Shown here piece after piece: positions 36,601 to 51,600 of a stretch of 64,000 nt of DNA. The stretch comes from an uncultured Candidatus Saccharibacteria bacterium (GTDB lineage Bacteria > Patescibacteriota > Minisyncoccia > Phycocordibacterales > UBA6899). The stretch lies in the NCBI GenBank assembly GCA_964469335.1, contig CAYXYK010000004.1:101362-165361 (forward strand), given 5' to 3'. A program made the position numbers and the translations under genes. Position 1 is the first letter of the stretch, and every line of letters starts with the position of its first letter. The notes under the pieces were generated by a model. That model saw only the letters and a list, made by a program, of their open reading frames with translations, did no database searches and was not told the DNA's origin.

Positions 36601-39600
36601 GTCCGTATCAGTGAGTTGGCGAATCCCGCGTCGGTGTTGTCCCTCGGAGGAGAGATGTTTACGAGTTTCATTCCGAAAAGCGAGTTCGCTTCTTCATACG
36701 TGCTCGCCGAAGATGCCGGGACTCTCGCATTCATTTGTGCTCCCGAGGACGGTACCATCGATATCGGTGTTTTCGACGCAGGTGGCGCGTTCACTGCATC
36801 CACCACTTGTGAAGCGCGCGGTGCACGACCGGGCAAAGCACTGATCGAAAGCGCGAACGGTTTCCATGCCGGATCGATCGTCCGCTCTCTCGATGCGACT
36901 TCTACAGTGTTCATGGCAGCATATCAGGCGCTCGGACGTTCACTTGCTTCAGGTGAAGTTGCACCACTCACCACACTTTACGGAGCTCCCCAGTTACGAT
37001 CGCATTCACCGAACCACCCGAGAGTGACCACTGGCGAAGAGGAATTCGTGATTCCCGGCGAACACCGCAAACTCGATCTGGACGAGGAGGGGAAGGAACG
37101 TGTACATGTCGATAAGTTGCTCACTACTAAGCGTGAGTTCTCTGTACACGAACAGCCGGGATTCCAGTTCCAGTACACTCCGCAATCGAATTCGGTGGTC
37201 CAAGGAGTGAGAGGAGCGTTCGGTGTCGCGCAATTCTCGGTCACGAAGGTTTCCCTTCGTCATGCGCAGATCGGAGAACTGGAAGTCGAATATGACATCG
37301 GATATGGAGATGACAATATCTGGTCGCTTTCACTCAAGAATGTCGATGGTCATCTCCGCCCCGGGAAGTACACGCTCCATGTGGAGATCGAAGAAGGAGG
37401 AAGCACATATGTCGATGAGTATGATTTCTACTGGGGAGTACTTGCGATCAATTACAACAAATCGATGTTCACTCCCGGAGAGACAGCCAACATCTCGATC
37501 GGGGCACTCTCGGATAACGGCAATACGATCTGTGATGCGATACTGAAACTTTGGGTCACTCCTCCTGGAGGCACGGAGATCGAACTCCCTGTGTCGGCAT
37601 CCGGACTCTGCGACGGAAACAATGTTGTCGATGTGCCTGATTATTCATCCAGCTATTCCTTCTCCAGCGAGAATGCAACAGGTACGTACAAGGTGAAGTT
37701 AGTGCGCTTCGACAGAGAAGGAAATATCGCGAGCCAAGTGACAGACACCATCTCAGTCAAAGATTCAGTCCCTTTGAGTATCGAACGCGAAGGACCGACA
37801 CGCATCTATCCTGTAGCACATTATCCGATGAAGATCCGTGTTACCGCAAATGAGGATTTCAAGGGTAATATCATCGAACGCCTCCCCGGTGATTTCGTCG
37901 TGATTGATCGAGGAAGTGCGGAGCTCGCATGGGGAGACAGTGAGCATAGCTACATGACCGCAACATGGCCGGTCGACATGAAGAAGGGTGCTGTCGTGAC
38001 TTTTGCATACGAGTTTGATGCACCCGATCGCTCTCCGTATCTTTATGAACTCGGACCAGCAAGCACAGACGGAGACGTCGTATTTTCTGAAGCGCGCAAA
38101 TGGCAGATCGCTTCGGACGCAGCCGGGAAAATGATGATCTATTGGGACCGTACCTATACTCCCTCTGGGTGGACATGCATCTCATGTCTTCCATCCGATG
38201 TGTTCTACAATCGTTTTGCGATGGGGTCATCGACATATGGCGGGTTCGGTGGGACGGCGACCCACACACCGACAGCTTCCGCGGCAGTCGCGTCATTCGG
38301 AGGTACGGGTGTCGGACCAAACACAACCAATAACACCAACAACGCTCCTCTCGGACACACCCATACATTGACTCCACAGATTTCTGGAGTATCGAACCTT
38401 CCCACCTACAGACAGCTCGCAGTCCTGCAATCCAATAGCGCAGGCGACCCGGCTTCGATCCCCGGAGGAGCGATCGTCATGTTCGATATTGCATCATCGT
38501 CGCTACCGTCCGGTTGGTATCGCTACACTCCACTCGATGGCCGTTATGTGAGAGGACAATCAACGAGCACGACAGGTGTGACTGGAGGAGCGAATACCCA
38601 CTCGCATACTGCGACAGGCACACTTTCTGTAGCGATCGGGTCAGGACTTCGCGAACAGAACGGAGTGGTGAACGGTGCAACTGACGTGAATCACACCCAT
38701 ACCCTTTCCGCGACGAACACCGATGTGCTTTCGAATGAGCCGCCGTATGTTGAAGTGCTGTTTGCGCAGCAACCGGCGACGTCGACACCGGTCAATTATA
38801 TGCTCACTATGTGGGAAAATACCCCGCCGAGCGGATGGACGACACTCTCAGATCCGGGAGGTCCGCTCGAAGGGAAGTTTCTCAAGGCATCTACGACCTA
38901 CGGACTGACCGGTGGTTCGGCGACACATGCCCACGCGGATATATTCGGGGCGACCACATCGGTGCAAAGTCTTCTGAATAACTACACGGCAAACGTATCG
39001 AATGCACAGGCTCCTGCAGCACATACGCATACTGTTGACATCACTGGTTTTTCCACCGATGACCATCGACCTCCATATGTCGAGGTGATCTTCGCGAAAC
39101 GCCTCTCGGGGGTCACATTGTGGACACAGCAGCAATATCGCTGGTACTCAAACACGAACGCGATCACTCCGGTCGACCCATGGCCACCGACAGGAGGTGA
39201 TCTCGGAGAAGATTCGGCGATCGACGGCGGCTCACTTGCTGTTCGGGTCGGTGATGTGCTCAGACTTCGCATGTCGATACTCGCGATGAATTCGACCTCA
39301 ACTGTCGGAAGTCAGGCGTTCAAGCTTCAGTATGCCGACTCGCTTGATTGTCCGAGTGCGCTCAATTGGGACGATGTCGCTCCGATGTCTTCAACGACCG
39401 CAGAGTGGCGAGGGTACAATAATGGCGCTGTGGCCGATCGCGCGACGCTTCCGTCCACACTGCTCACGCTTTCGAATATCGCAGAAAGTTATACCGAAGA
39501 GAATAACTCTACCAGTACCTCCGTCGAGATCGGAGTCGGGCAGGCAGGTGAGTGGGATTGGGTGCTGCAGTCGAATGTTCCGCTTCCGGGTACCAATTAT

Positions 39601-42600
39601 TGTTTCCGCATGGTGAAGTCTGACGGAACTCCTCTCGACACAAATGACATCTATCCGGAAGCGCTCACCAACTTTGCTCCGAACGCAACAGTGCTCGCTT
39701 CACCGTTCGATAACGAGAAGATTTCTTCCACTACCCCATATTTAGTGTTCGCTTCGGCTGATCCTGAAGTGAATGACCTCGACTATGAAGTTCAGGTTTC
39801 CGCCACCAGTGATTTCGCTTCATCGATCGTTGACGTGGATTCGACCGTGAACCCTGAGCTTTTCGACAACGTACCGAATCCGACCAATAAAGCTCCGTTC
39901 AGTTCTGGAGATCAGATCCGTTATCGTGTAAGTCCTGCGCTGACGAACGGGAATACCTATTGGTGGAGGGTTCGCGCGAAGGATCTCTCTGGGTCGAATG
40001 CGTGGAGCTCCTGGTCGGCTGGAAGATCGTTCACTGTTGATACTGCGGTTACTATTTCCACATGGTTCCAGACCACTCGCGATCAGTTCGAAACGGACGG
40101 ACAGACGAACGTTGACGCTACGTCGACCGTAGCGAATGATGTCATGTTGATTGCTGGTCAGACAAGCGGCGTGCTCTATTCACCACAGATTGATCTCGAT
40201 CAGGCGACTCTTGGGACCGCCTGGGGCACACTATCGTGGAATGACTCTGAGGTCGTCGGGGACATCAAGTATCATGTGCAATACCTCGATGCGACTTCGA
40301 CGTGGGTAGATATTCCTGACTCAGGACTCTCAGGTAACTCTGCAGGATTCGATACCTCACCGATCTCACTGCTCTCAGTGGATCCCAATACCTATACTTC
40401 GATACGTCTTGCGGCGAACTTCACGAGTGTCGGAGGTTCCCCCCGTCTCTTCGATTGGACCCTTTCGTGGGGTTACAAAGTGACGACTCCGGTCATCAGC
40501 ACTCCGTTCGACAACGCCAAGGTCTCAACCACGACACCGTCATTCGACTTCGTTTCGACCGACCCGAACGGTGACCCGCTGACGTACGAGATCTCATGGT
40601 CTACAGACACCGCATTCTCGGCGTCGACCACTCGAACCTCAGATTTCAATCTCGGATTCCAGAATCTCACCACCCCGAGCGACACTGACCCGTATACGTC
40701 CGGCGAGAACATCCGTTTTACCGTGAGAGCGAGTGATGCGCTCACCAATGGGACAACCTATTACTACCGAGTCCGCGCGAAGGACCCGACTGGAGGGAAT
40801 GATTGGTCGTTCTGGTCTGACACACGCTCGCTTACCGTGGACACTTCGATCACCGTGGCAACCTGGTTCCAGAGCATGACCGGGCAGTTCAACACAGACA
40901 CACTCACCAGTATGTACAACTATGGCCTCGGTTCTTCTACTGTTTCGACATCAACCACCGAGGCGATGATCGCATACGGAGAAGGCACTGTGCAGACTCC
41001 CCGTTACCGCATCTGGGGAGGGACCGCATGGGGGAGCGAGTTTTCTGCCCTCTCCATCAATTCTAGTGTGCAGTGGGTCGTGCTCAAGGCATCCCCGGTC
41101 ATCGGTGAGTATATGATGGGAACGCTCGGGTCTGATCGTGATATCAATTTTCAGATATACAATAACGGTACTTGGGGGAACATGAATGAGATCACGACGA
41201 ATGCGCCGCCTGTGACTCGTCGGTCCCTCGACATCGCCTACGAGACGATTTCCGGACGCGCTCTTGCTGTCGCATGTGACGGTGATGCCGATCCATCATA
41301 CGCGATCTGGGACGGAACGAATTGGGGAAGTACGCAAACGATAGACCTTGCAAGCGCGAACAATTGTGAATGGATAAGACTTGCGTCGAATCCGGTCACC
41401 AACGAGATCATCCTCCTCGAGAGAAATACCGGTAATCTCTATCAGGCGGCGGTATGGAATGCCACATCTTCTACTTGGGGCACGACGACGAATATGGGAT
41501 CTATGTCCGAGATCGCACATGAGGGCATGGCACTTGAATATGAGGAAAGTGGAGACACTGCACTTGCGATCACGTCGAACACCACGAACTCCAGTTTTGT
41601 TTATAAGGCATACAAAGCAGGGGCATGGTCAGCATCGACGACAGTGACGCTCGGTGATGACTTCGAATGGGGAACGCTCGTTCGTGATCGTGGCACTGAC
41701 CGTATGGCACTCTGCTATGTCGATGAAGACGGTGATATCGGAATGAAACGCTGGGATGGGGGAGGATGGGTCGCGACCACTACCGTCGTCGAACTCGAGA
41801 CAGCGCCGACATTGACCGAGAATGAAGGACGCCCAGTCGACTGTGCATTCGAGAATACCACAGGAAGGGATACTTACATCATGACCTCCTACAGTGACCT
41901 CGTTGGAACCCGCTATCAGACATGGAACAACACCGCATGGGGCCCAGAAGCAAGCATTATGCCGGTGATCCGCAACTTCACTACTCAGTTGAGACGCACG
42001 GATGATAATAAGATCTTGGGTGTGTGGTTCGATTATCTCAATGGTGACTATTACACATCATCATGGAACGGCACGACATGGTCAGCGACCACCACCATCG
42101 AAACCAGTGCAAGTGTCACTGCTACGCCGTATGGTGAGCCGTTCATGATCGCACCCAAACTTCCGGCAACCAGAGGAACCATCGTCAGTTCGCCGATCGA
42201 CTACGATGATGGCGCATCACCCGCTTGGGATCAAGTGCTCTGGTCTAAGACCACCCCGGGACTAAGTACCTTCAAGGTGCAGGTCGAGTACTATGACAGC
42301 GCATCGTCATCATGGAAGCTCATCCCGGACACGGATCTCTCCGGTAACTCGAGCGGCACTTCGACCTCACCCATCAGTATCCGCAATCTTGATACAAGTA
42401 CATATAATCAGATCAGACTCGTTGGTAATGCGACCTGTGTGCTCGGTAATTGTCCTGTACTCAATGATTGGACAGTGAAATGGTCCGCGGGGCTCAACAT
42501 CTCCGGTACCGCGAAGCAGCAAGACCTCACGACGAATGTCACGAGCGGAACGGTCGCAGTCGCAGTCAACGGTGTGCTTCAGGCAGGGAAGACCGGGACC

Positions 42601-45600
42601 ATCTCAGCGGGGACCTGGACGATCCCGAATGTCACTTTCTTCCCAGGAAGTACGCTCACGGTATTCGTCTCTGGCGCGGCGACCTCTGCACGTGCCGTCG
42701 CGGTCGCAGTCTATGACGGCCCTGGAGATTTCGGAGGTATGTCCCTCAATGAACACTGGCTCACCGTCGGCTCCGCATCAGGAACTCTCGCGACGACCAC
42801 ACTCACCAATCTCAGTAAGTATGACAACTCGGTTGCGGGGGGTACGGACGTCTTCTACGATGTCACCGCCGGTGGAGACTATAACCACTGCGCGATCGCG
42901 GTTCCTGCAGGCTGCTATGATTCAAGTCTATACCTACTTGCTGAAAACATATTCAGTCCGTCGACCTCGACCGCAAAGACGCTCACCACCTACAACATGC
43001 GTATCGCCGGGAGCATGTACCTGGATGCGAACACGCTTAAGGTCGGAGCATCGTGGCGAAATCTTGGCGGCTTCACTCCAAATACCGGAACGGTCATGTT
43101 CAATGCGACTACTTCGACGCGCACGATCGATAATACCGGTGCGGCAACTTCGACATTCGGTAATGTGACATTCGGCGAGGTGGCGACGCTCGCAACGTGG
43201 ACTTTCTCGACCCCATTCGTGGCGACAGGAACAGTAGCGATGAACTTCGGTACGACCTCTCCCGGGGCACAGTCCATGACACTTCTCGGCGACCTTACGA
43301 TCGGTGCTTCGGGAATTTTCGCGAAAGGAAGTGCGACGACGACCTTCAGTGGAACACAGTCAAAGACGTGGACCGACAATACTGCGGCGAAGCAGGATCT
43401 CGGTAATGTTGCGATCAGCGGCACCGCGAAGACGGTCACACTCGCCTCATCGGTCAAAGCGACAAATATCAATATTGTAGCCGGGAATACCCTCAATGCA
43501 GGAGGTGCGAATACGTTTTCAGTGCTCGGTTTCTGGGATAATGCAGGGACGCTCACACCACAGACTGGTACGGTCGCATTCATCGCGACATCGTCGTCGA
43601 AGACGATCAACCAAGCATCATCGAATTTCTACAACGCGACATTCAACGGAGTCGGTGGTGCTTGGCGATGGCTCAATACCAATGCGACGACGACGAATGA
43701 CCTCACGATCGCGACCGGCACGCTCACCCTTCCAGGAGGAACACTCGAGGTCGGCGGCTCATTCGCGAATACTGGAGGCACATTCGTCAACAATTCAGGG
43801 ATCACCAAACTGACCTCTACTGCAGGAGGGAAGACGATCCAGACCGGAACCTCGACGTTCAATGATCTGGTGTTCAGCGGTTCCGGCGGCGCTTGGAGTT
43901 TCGTAGATGTGAATGCGACCACATCTGGGACACTGACAATACTTGCAGGAACTCCGACTTTCCCATCCGGAGTACTCGAAGTTGGAAATAATTTCATCAA
44001 CTCCGGAGGCACATTCGTCGCGAATGGCGGAACGCTCAAACTTACATCCTCGCTCAATTCACGTACGATCACATTCGGCGGTTCTTCGCCAGCGAACCTC
44101 ACTGTGCAGAACGCGGGCGTGTTCACTGTCACCGACACGAATGCAACAACGACAGGAAATGTGAATTTCGTCGCTGGCACCACCACGCTTCCCGCCGCGA
44201 ATTTCGTCATCGGAGGCTCGTTCACAAACACGGGCAGGTTCACCGCAGGTACGAACCTTGTGACGTTCAATGCAGCGTCCGGTGCGAAGACGATTAACCC
44301 CGGTGCCTCATCATTCGCATCAGTACTCTTCAGCGGTGCCGGCACGTTCACGGTCTCCGCAAATGCAACAACGACGAATGATCTCACGATTTTCTCAGTA
44401 GGCGGCTTCACACAGTCGAGCGGAACGACGCTTGCGGTAGGAGGACAATTCACCAATCAGGTCGGCGGTGCTACCACGACCTGGTCCGGCTCTACTCTCG
44501 CGCTCAACTCGGGAACTGCATACAGTATCAATACCAAGACGACGGGTGGAGATCTCTATGGCACACTGCGACTCGCTGCCAATACGCAGATCCGCTCTTG
44601 GAATTCATCCTCGACAGTCTATGTGCTCGGCACTTCCGCAAGTCTCTATTCGCAGAACCATAATAGTGTTTCCGGAGAAGTGGACATTTTCGGTACATAC
44701 ACTCGTACATCCGGTTCGGACTACTGGAGCTATGCGACGGACTTTGATGGCACAGTCCTCGGATCTCCCCGTCAGGCAAACGTACGTTTCGATTCGGGTG
44801 CGACAGCAAGTTTCGCTGCCGGTACGACACTAGAAATCCTCGGCTCAGCAACTGCATCAACTTCGATCGACAGAAAGTCGAGCGGTAACTATGGGGTCAC
44901 CCTTTCTTCGTCGACGATCAACGCGCAGTATTATCAGTTCCGCAACATGAATGCGTCCGGGCTCACCCTGAATTCCTCTACGACGGTCACCTCGCTCGCG
45001 AACGGTGATTTCACGATCGACCTGAATGGCGCGTCAGGAATGACGGTGGCATCTTCGACCATCGACACCAATCCTGGATTGCAGCTCTTCAATGTGAGAT
45101 TCGCGACTTCGACAGGGATCTCAGCTGGATTCAACGTGGCAGAAACTGGAGCCGCGACGTCTTTTTGGAGATTCAAGAATCACTATGGGAACTACGCTGG
45201 TGAAGCTTACGATAGCGACCCTGGTCCATCATCAGGGAACCCCGGATATGTTCGATGGGACGACAGTAATTTCGTCATTTCGATTTCTGGCACAGTCTAT
45301 TCCGATGCAGGATCGACCCCGATGGGGGCACCGACCTGTGATGGAGTGACCAATACTGTGCGCGTGAAGGTCTCGGGCCAAGGTAATTATGCCGCACCAT
45401 GCGCCAATGGCAGTGGTGTGTACACCGTTTCCGGAGTGACATTCACCGGTGATAATGTGATGACGGTGTATCTCGACACCAATGGTGGTGCACAAGCGGT
45501 CGCGGTCACCAAGTCTGCTTCGGCGGACCTCACTGGAATCGATCTCTATCAACATCGTGTCATTCTTCGCCACGAAGATACGTTCCCGATGTCGATCGCT

Positions 45601-48600
45601 GACATGAAAGCATACGACAAGACCGGTGACACGGACATCCCGTTCATCGCGGCAACTTCGTCCGTGCCATACACACTCACTACTGATCCGGATACGCAAC
45701 TCTGGGTTTGGAATTCCAAGACCTTCATCCCGGGAGGGAATATCACGCTGAACTCAGGAGGTTCGGGGCAGACCTACGACGGATCACTCATCTTGAGTGC
45801 GAACTCAGTGTTCACCGCACAGGGGACAGAAACTCACTCGATCGGAGGCGGTTTCAGCGCGAATGCAGGTGCCGTGTTCACTGCCGCGAATTCGACCTTC
45901 AATTTCACTGCAACGACAACGGGGAAGAGCATCATTGGTGTGGCACCGCTCACGTTCTGGAGGATGAGTTTCAGCGGTTCGGGTGGTGGGTGGGTGATCA
46001 ATCAGGCGCTCACGGTCGGTGAGAATTTCCTCCCGAATGCAGGAACAGTTTCCGGAACAAGCAACGTTACCGTGAGTGGAACGACAGTTTCAGGAGCCGG
46101 TTCGATCGCGATGACCGGCGGGACTTTCACTCTTTCGAACGGTGGCACATTCGGAGGGAATAGTGATTGGTCGTTCAACAATCTCACCTTTGGCAACGGA
46201 ACTTTGGCAACAACAACGAAGACCGGGTCGTCTACTGTCACCGTCGCAAGCGTCCTTACTGATGCCGCCAATCAGACCTTCCAGGCCGGAACATCGACCA
46301 CCTGGGTGCTCACTGGTGGAGGAACCCCGCTTGTTCTCTCAGGTACGTTTTCCGTTCAGAATGCAACGTTCCGCTATGCAGGCACGAGTGCGACGAACGT
46401 GACTCCCGCCACATATGCGCAGCTCGATTTCGGAGCGAGCGGAGTCTCTTCCCCGGTCTATACCTTGCTATCGGGAACTTTCAATGTCGGTGGGGCATGG
46501 AATGTCGGAGTGGTTGCGACGAATACCGTCACGGTGAATGCGAACACCAACGATCCGACACTTACGCTATCAGGCAACGTGAACGTTGTCGCTTCATCTA
46601 CCTTCGTACTATCCAATACTGGCTCACTCACTGCACGAAGGAATTGGACGAATCTCGGAACGACGACTGCGTCCGGAGGAACCGTGACTTTCGATGCGAC
46701 GACGACAGGCTTCACCATCTCAGCGGGCGCATCTCCGTTCGCAAATGTCTCGTTCAATAATTCTAATGGTGGTTGGACTGTTGTAGGGAACGCTACCGCG
46801 ACGGGGAACTTCACACTCTCCGCACTCGCATCGTTCACACTCTCGCCGAATGCGACACTTGAAGTCGACGGTGTCTTTACGAACGGTATCGGAGGGGGCG
46901 CGACCACATGGACCAATTCGACGCTATACCTCAATGCGAATGCGGCAGAAACGATCAACACCAAAACGACGGGCGCCGATACATATGGAACATTGCTCAC
47001 TGGCGGCACAACGCAAGTGCGCGTGTGGAATTCATCAGCAGCAACTACAACGACCAACAATTCGAGCAGCGTCTATTCGATGAATCATGCGAATGTCTCA
47101 GGGGCGCTCAATATCTGGGGCACATACAATCACTCAAGCGGCACCGACTACTGGGATTACGCGACTGACTTCGATGGTGTGTCGATTGCGTCAACTTCAC
47201 GTGTCGTGAACGTACGTGTCGCTTCGAGTTCTTCTCTTAATTTCTCAGGCGGACAACTTGAAGTACTTGGTGCATCCGGTGCGACGACGACGATTGACGT
47301 ACTGACAACCGGCGGATATTCATGGAACATCACCGGCGGAGTGGTCAACATGCAGTATTACAAGATCCGAGGTATCGACCAGAACGGACTTTCGATCTCG
47401 GGCTCACCAACGGTCTCAGGGCTCTCCAATGGAGATTTCCTGCTTGCGGTGAACGGCGCTACCATGATGACAATCGCGGGCGGAACTATCGACGCGAACC
47501 CCCTAAAGACCTTCTTTGGAATGAGTTTTGCTACTTCAAGCGGCATCACGTCAGGGTACAACATTACTGCGACCGGTGTGTCCGGCTCAGTGTGGACCAT
47601 AAGCGGCCTATCGGGGAACTATGCCGGTGAAGCGCGAGACAACGATCCGGGTGGTGACCCAGGATACATTCGTTGGGACGATTCCGCCGCACAGATCTCG
47701 GTCTCAGGAAATGTCTACAGTGACGAAGGTCTAACACCAATAGGGGGACCCGTGTGTGATGGAGTGACACAGAATGTGCGCCTCAAGGTTCAAGGTGCGG
47801 GTTCGTATACTTCGGCATGTAATGCAGGAACCGGTGCATTCTCGATCTCGAACATCATCTATAATCCGAAGGATACACTGACACTCTATCTTGCATCGAC
47901 GACCGGTGTGCGAGCGGTCAATATTGCCTACGATCCCGCGACCAACATCACGAGCATGAATCTTTACCAGAACCGTATCATCCTCAGACATGAGCAGGGC
48001 AGTGCGGTCGGCATCGCTCAGATGGCGGCATATGACAACAACAAAGACAGTGCGATCCCGTTCATTGCGACGACGACCGTTGCGACCTCGACGACCGTAT
48101 TCGCGGGCACAGGACTCATTGTCTGGAATTCGAAGGTTTTCGCACCTGGCGGAAATGTCACGCTCCATGCGAATGCATCAGGAAATAGCTGGGATGGATC
48201 GGTGCACCTGTTGGCGACATCGACATGGAGTTCATCAGGGACAGAGTCGTATACAATCGGAGGATCGTTCGCAGCCGACACTTCCGCGTCAGTGGCACCC
48301 GCGAACTCGACATTTAATTTCACTGCAACAACAACAGGAAAGTCTGTTTCCGCTTCGAATACTCTCACTTTCTACAACCTCACTTTCAGTGGCGCCGGTG
48401 GGGCATGGAGTATCCCCGGAGTCTCGACAACGTCGAATGATCTCACTATCTCCGGAGGCACCCTCACTCTTCCCACGGGGACACTCTTCGTCGGAGGAAG
48501 TTGGAACAATTCAGGCGGGGCATTCGTGGCAAGCGGCGGCACCGTAGAGTTCATTGCGACGGCGAGTGGGAAGAACATTCGCACAGGTACTTCAGCGTTT

Positions 48601-51600
48601 TGGAATACCACGTTCTCGGGTACGGGTGGCGCATGGACATATCTCGACACGAATTCTACTACTTCAGGTACCACGACAGTGACGGCAGGGACACTGACGC
48701 TTCCTTCGGGCGTATATGCGGAAGGGAAGAGCTTTGACGTACGCTCCGGGTCGGTAAGTGCGAACGGTGGTACACTCAAGATGATATCGACGTCGACCGG
48801 ACAGACGGTCAGGCTTTCCGGTTCATCACTCGCGAACCTCTTGGTCGCCGCGACAGGCACATTCCAATTCCTCGACAGTTATGCGACGACGACAGGAGAT
48901 GTTTCGCTCACGTTCGGAACGACGACGTTCCCTTACGCGGCACTCACGATTGGCGGTTCGTTCTCCAATTCGGCGGTATTCAGTGCGGGAACCTCGACAC
49001 TGGTGATGAACGGCAGCGTTGCGGGGAAGACGATCTCACTCGGGAATTCATCGCCGTACAATATGACGATAAACGGTGCTTCGGGAGGATTCACCGTTTC
49101 GGGAAACGCGACAACGAGCAATAATTTCAGTCTCATTGCAGCGAGTACATATACACAGAGCTCAGGTACTACGCTTGCGGTCGGTGGCGTCTTCACGAAT
49201 TCGGTCGGTGGCGCTCCGACCACATGGTCAGGAACGACGCTCTCGCTTTACGGCACATCGTCGAATTACAGTATCAACAGCAAGTCGGCGGGAGGTGATG
49301 CATATAACATCATCCGCCTCGCGGCGAATACCAATATCCGCATGTGGAACTCGTCCGTTTCGACCACTCAGCTAGACCCCGCCTCGAGCATCTATTCACA
49401 GAACAATGCGGCGTCCGCCGGCTCACTCTATATTTACGGTAACTATACTCGTTCTTCGGGGACCGACTACTGGAGCTATGCGACTGATTTTGATGGAACC
49501 GCACTCGGCGGCTCATCACGGCAGGCGAATGTTCGCTTCGATGCGAATGCTACTGCGACATTCCAGAACGGTGCGACACTTTCGATGCAAGGCAGCGCGA
49601 CCGCCTCGACGTCAGTTGATCGTATCTCGAGCGGTAGTTATGGCATCACACTCGATTCATCGTGGTGGACCGCACAGTACTATCAGTTCCGCAACATGAA
49701 TTCGACCGGGCTCAATCTCACAGGCACAACAACGATCTCGATGAACAACGGTGATTTCTCGCTCGATGTGAATGGGGGAAGATCGATCACCGTATCATCC
49801 ACCACCATAGATCAGAATGCCTCACAGCAGTTCTTCTACGTGAAGTTCGCGACTTCGAGCGGCATCACCTCAGGGTACAACGTACTTCGAACGGGAACCA
49901 CGACGAACTCGTTCACCTTCAATTCCGAGTATGGAAACTTTGCAGGGGAAGCATTCGACAATGATGGTGCTGATGGTTGTGGTTCTATCAGGTGGTCAGA
50001 TAGTGCATGCCTTATCTCTGATCAGCGCGGATATCGATGGAGAAATGATGATGGCGCAGAAGGTGCACCTTCGTCCGAGTGGTACAACCAGAGCTGGACG
50101 AAGCGCGAGCGTATCCGCATCGTCAATAATGCAACCACGTCTTACACCAATGAGCAGGTAAAACTTGATATTCCTTACGATTCGGATATGAAGAGTAATT
50201 TTGATGATATCCGTTTCACTGACTCATCGGGTACCACCAGTATCCCGTTTTGGACCGAAAGTTACCTCACTTCTGCGACCGCTACCGTATGGGTGAAAGT
50301 GCCGTCACTCCCGGGGTCCGGAACTGCTGATATCTTCATGTACTTCGGTAATTCCGGTGCGTCTTATGCTGGCTCGGGCACCTCGACATTCACGTTCTTC
50401 GATGATTTCGAAGACGGTAATCTGAGTGAATACACTGGCAACACTACGCTGTTCTCCAATGATGCGACATTCAATTATGAACGCACATACGGTCTTGCTG
50501 CATCGGCAGGAAATACCGGAGCTCAGAATACCAGCGGTATCGGTCAAGCATCGGCAGGAGTCGGGCGTGATACAACCTTCCGTTTCAATCAGTATATCGA
50601 CATGACAAGTGGCGGCTCGGACGAGCCCTGCTTCTTGTTCGCGATCCAGCCCCCTATCACGGGACATCAGAACTACGGTGTCTGCCTCTCTCCGTTCGGT
50701 GCTGATCATCTCGTGGTCGCGAAGAACGTCTCATGGAACGGACGTGCGGCAAGTGACGGCTCGACACTGCTCGTATCGAAAGCGGTCACATATACGACGG
50801 GTTGGTATCAGGTTTCCGTTGATTGGATCGCAACGAACAATCAGATCAATGTGAATGTGTACGACAATACTGGATCGCTATTTGCGACCGCGACGACGAC
50901 CGATTCTACTTGGACCTCAGGTGGTGTCGGCTTCACATTCTGGGGAATGCACGGAGGATGGGATATTCCGTTCGCACGTACATATAACTACCTCACACCG
51001 TCGTATGCACTCTTCACCAAGCAAGCAGATTCCGGTGCAACATGGGCAGCTGCAGAGAACACATATCTTCCGAATTATGTGCAGAATCAGAATGTCCGCC
51101 TGCGCTTCTCGGTACGCAATTCATCACTCGCACCTCTGTCGGAGAACTTCCGCTTACAATATGCTGCAAAGCTCGCATCTCCGAACTGTGAGTCAGTACC
51201 GACGGGGAACTATAGTGATGTACCGACCACCTCGGGAGGATGCGGAAGCGCCGCGGCATGTATGACCTCATCAAGCCAGTTCACCAAATCATCTTCGACG
51301 CAGCTCTTGACCTTCCCGAACGGCTACACGTTCACCCAGGCACAGATCCTCGAGGATCCGAACAATCAGACCGACAACATCTCTCTTTTGGCGAATGCGT
51401 TCACTGAAGTCGAGTACAACATCCAGATGACGAACAATTCGTCACTCGACAGATATTGTTTCCGAACCACGAATGCCGGCACACCGCTCGACAACTATAC
51501 CCGCGTTGCTGAGATTCAAGTGCTGCATCCTCCGACACTCTCGAATTTTAGCTTCAATCAGAACTCGGATATTGCGCTCACCGAAGGAACGACCACCTCA

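Noticed and set aside
42990-44456. Long antisense ORFs (e.g. 42990..43610 -, 43629..44456 -, 46458..47060 -, 48372..48860 -, 18088..18918 -) inside the giant genes
   Set aside because: These are expected frame-opening artefacts of GC-rich repetitive coding sequence. They have no start-site signals, and the sense frame carries coherent domain structure.
15754-49935. CRISPR array or IS elements as explanation for repeats
   Set aside because: All long repeats are in-frame protein-coding tandem modules of ~1.7-2.7 kb. I saw no short direct repeats with unique spacers and no transposase, integrase or terminal-IR-flanked ORF.
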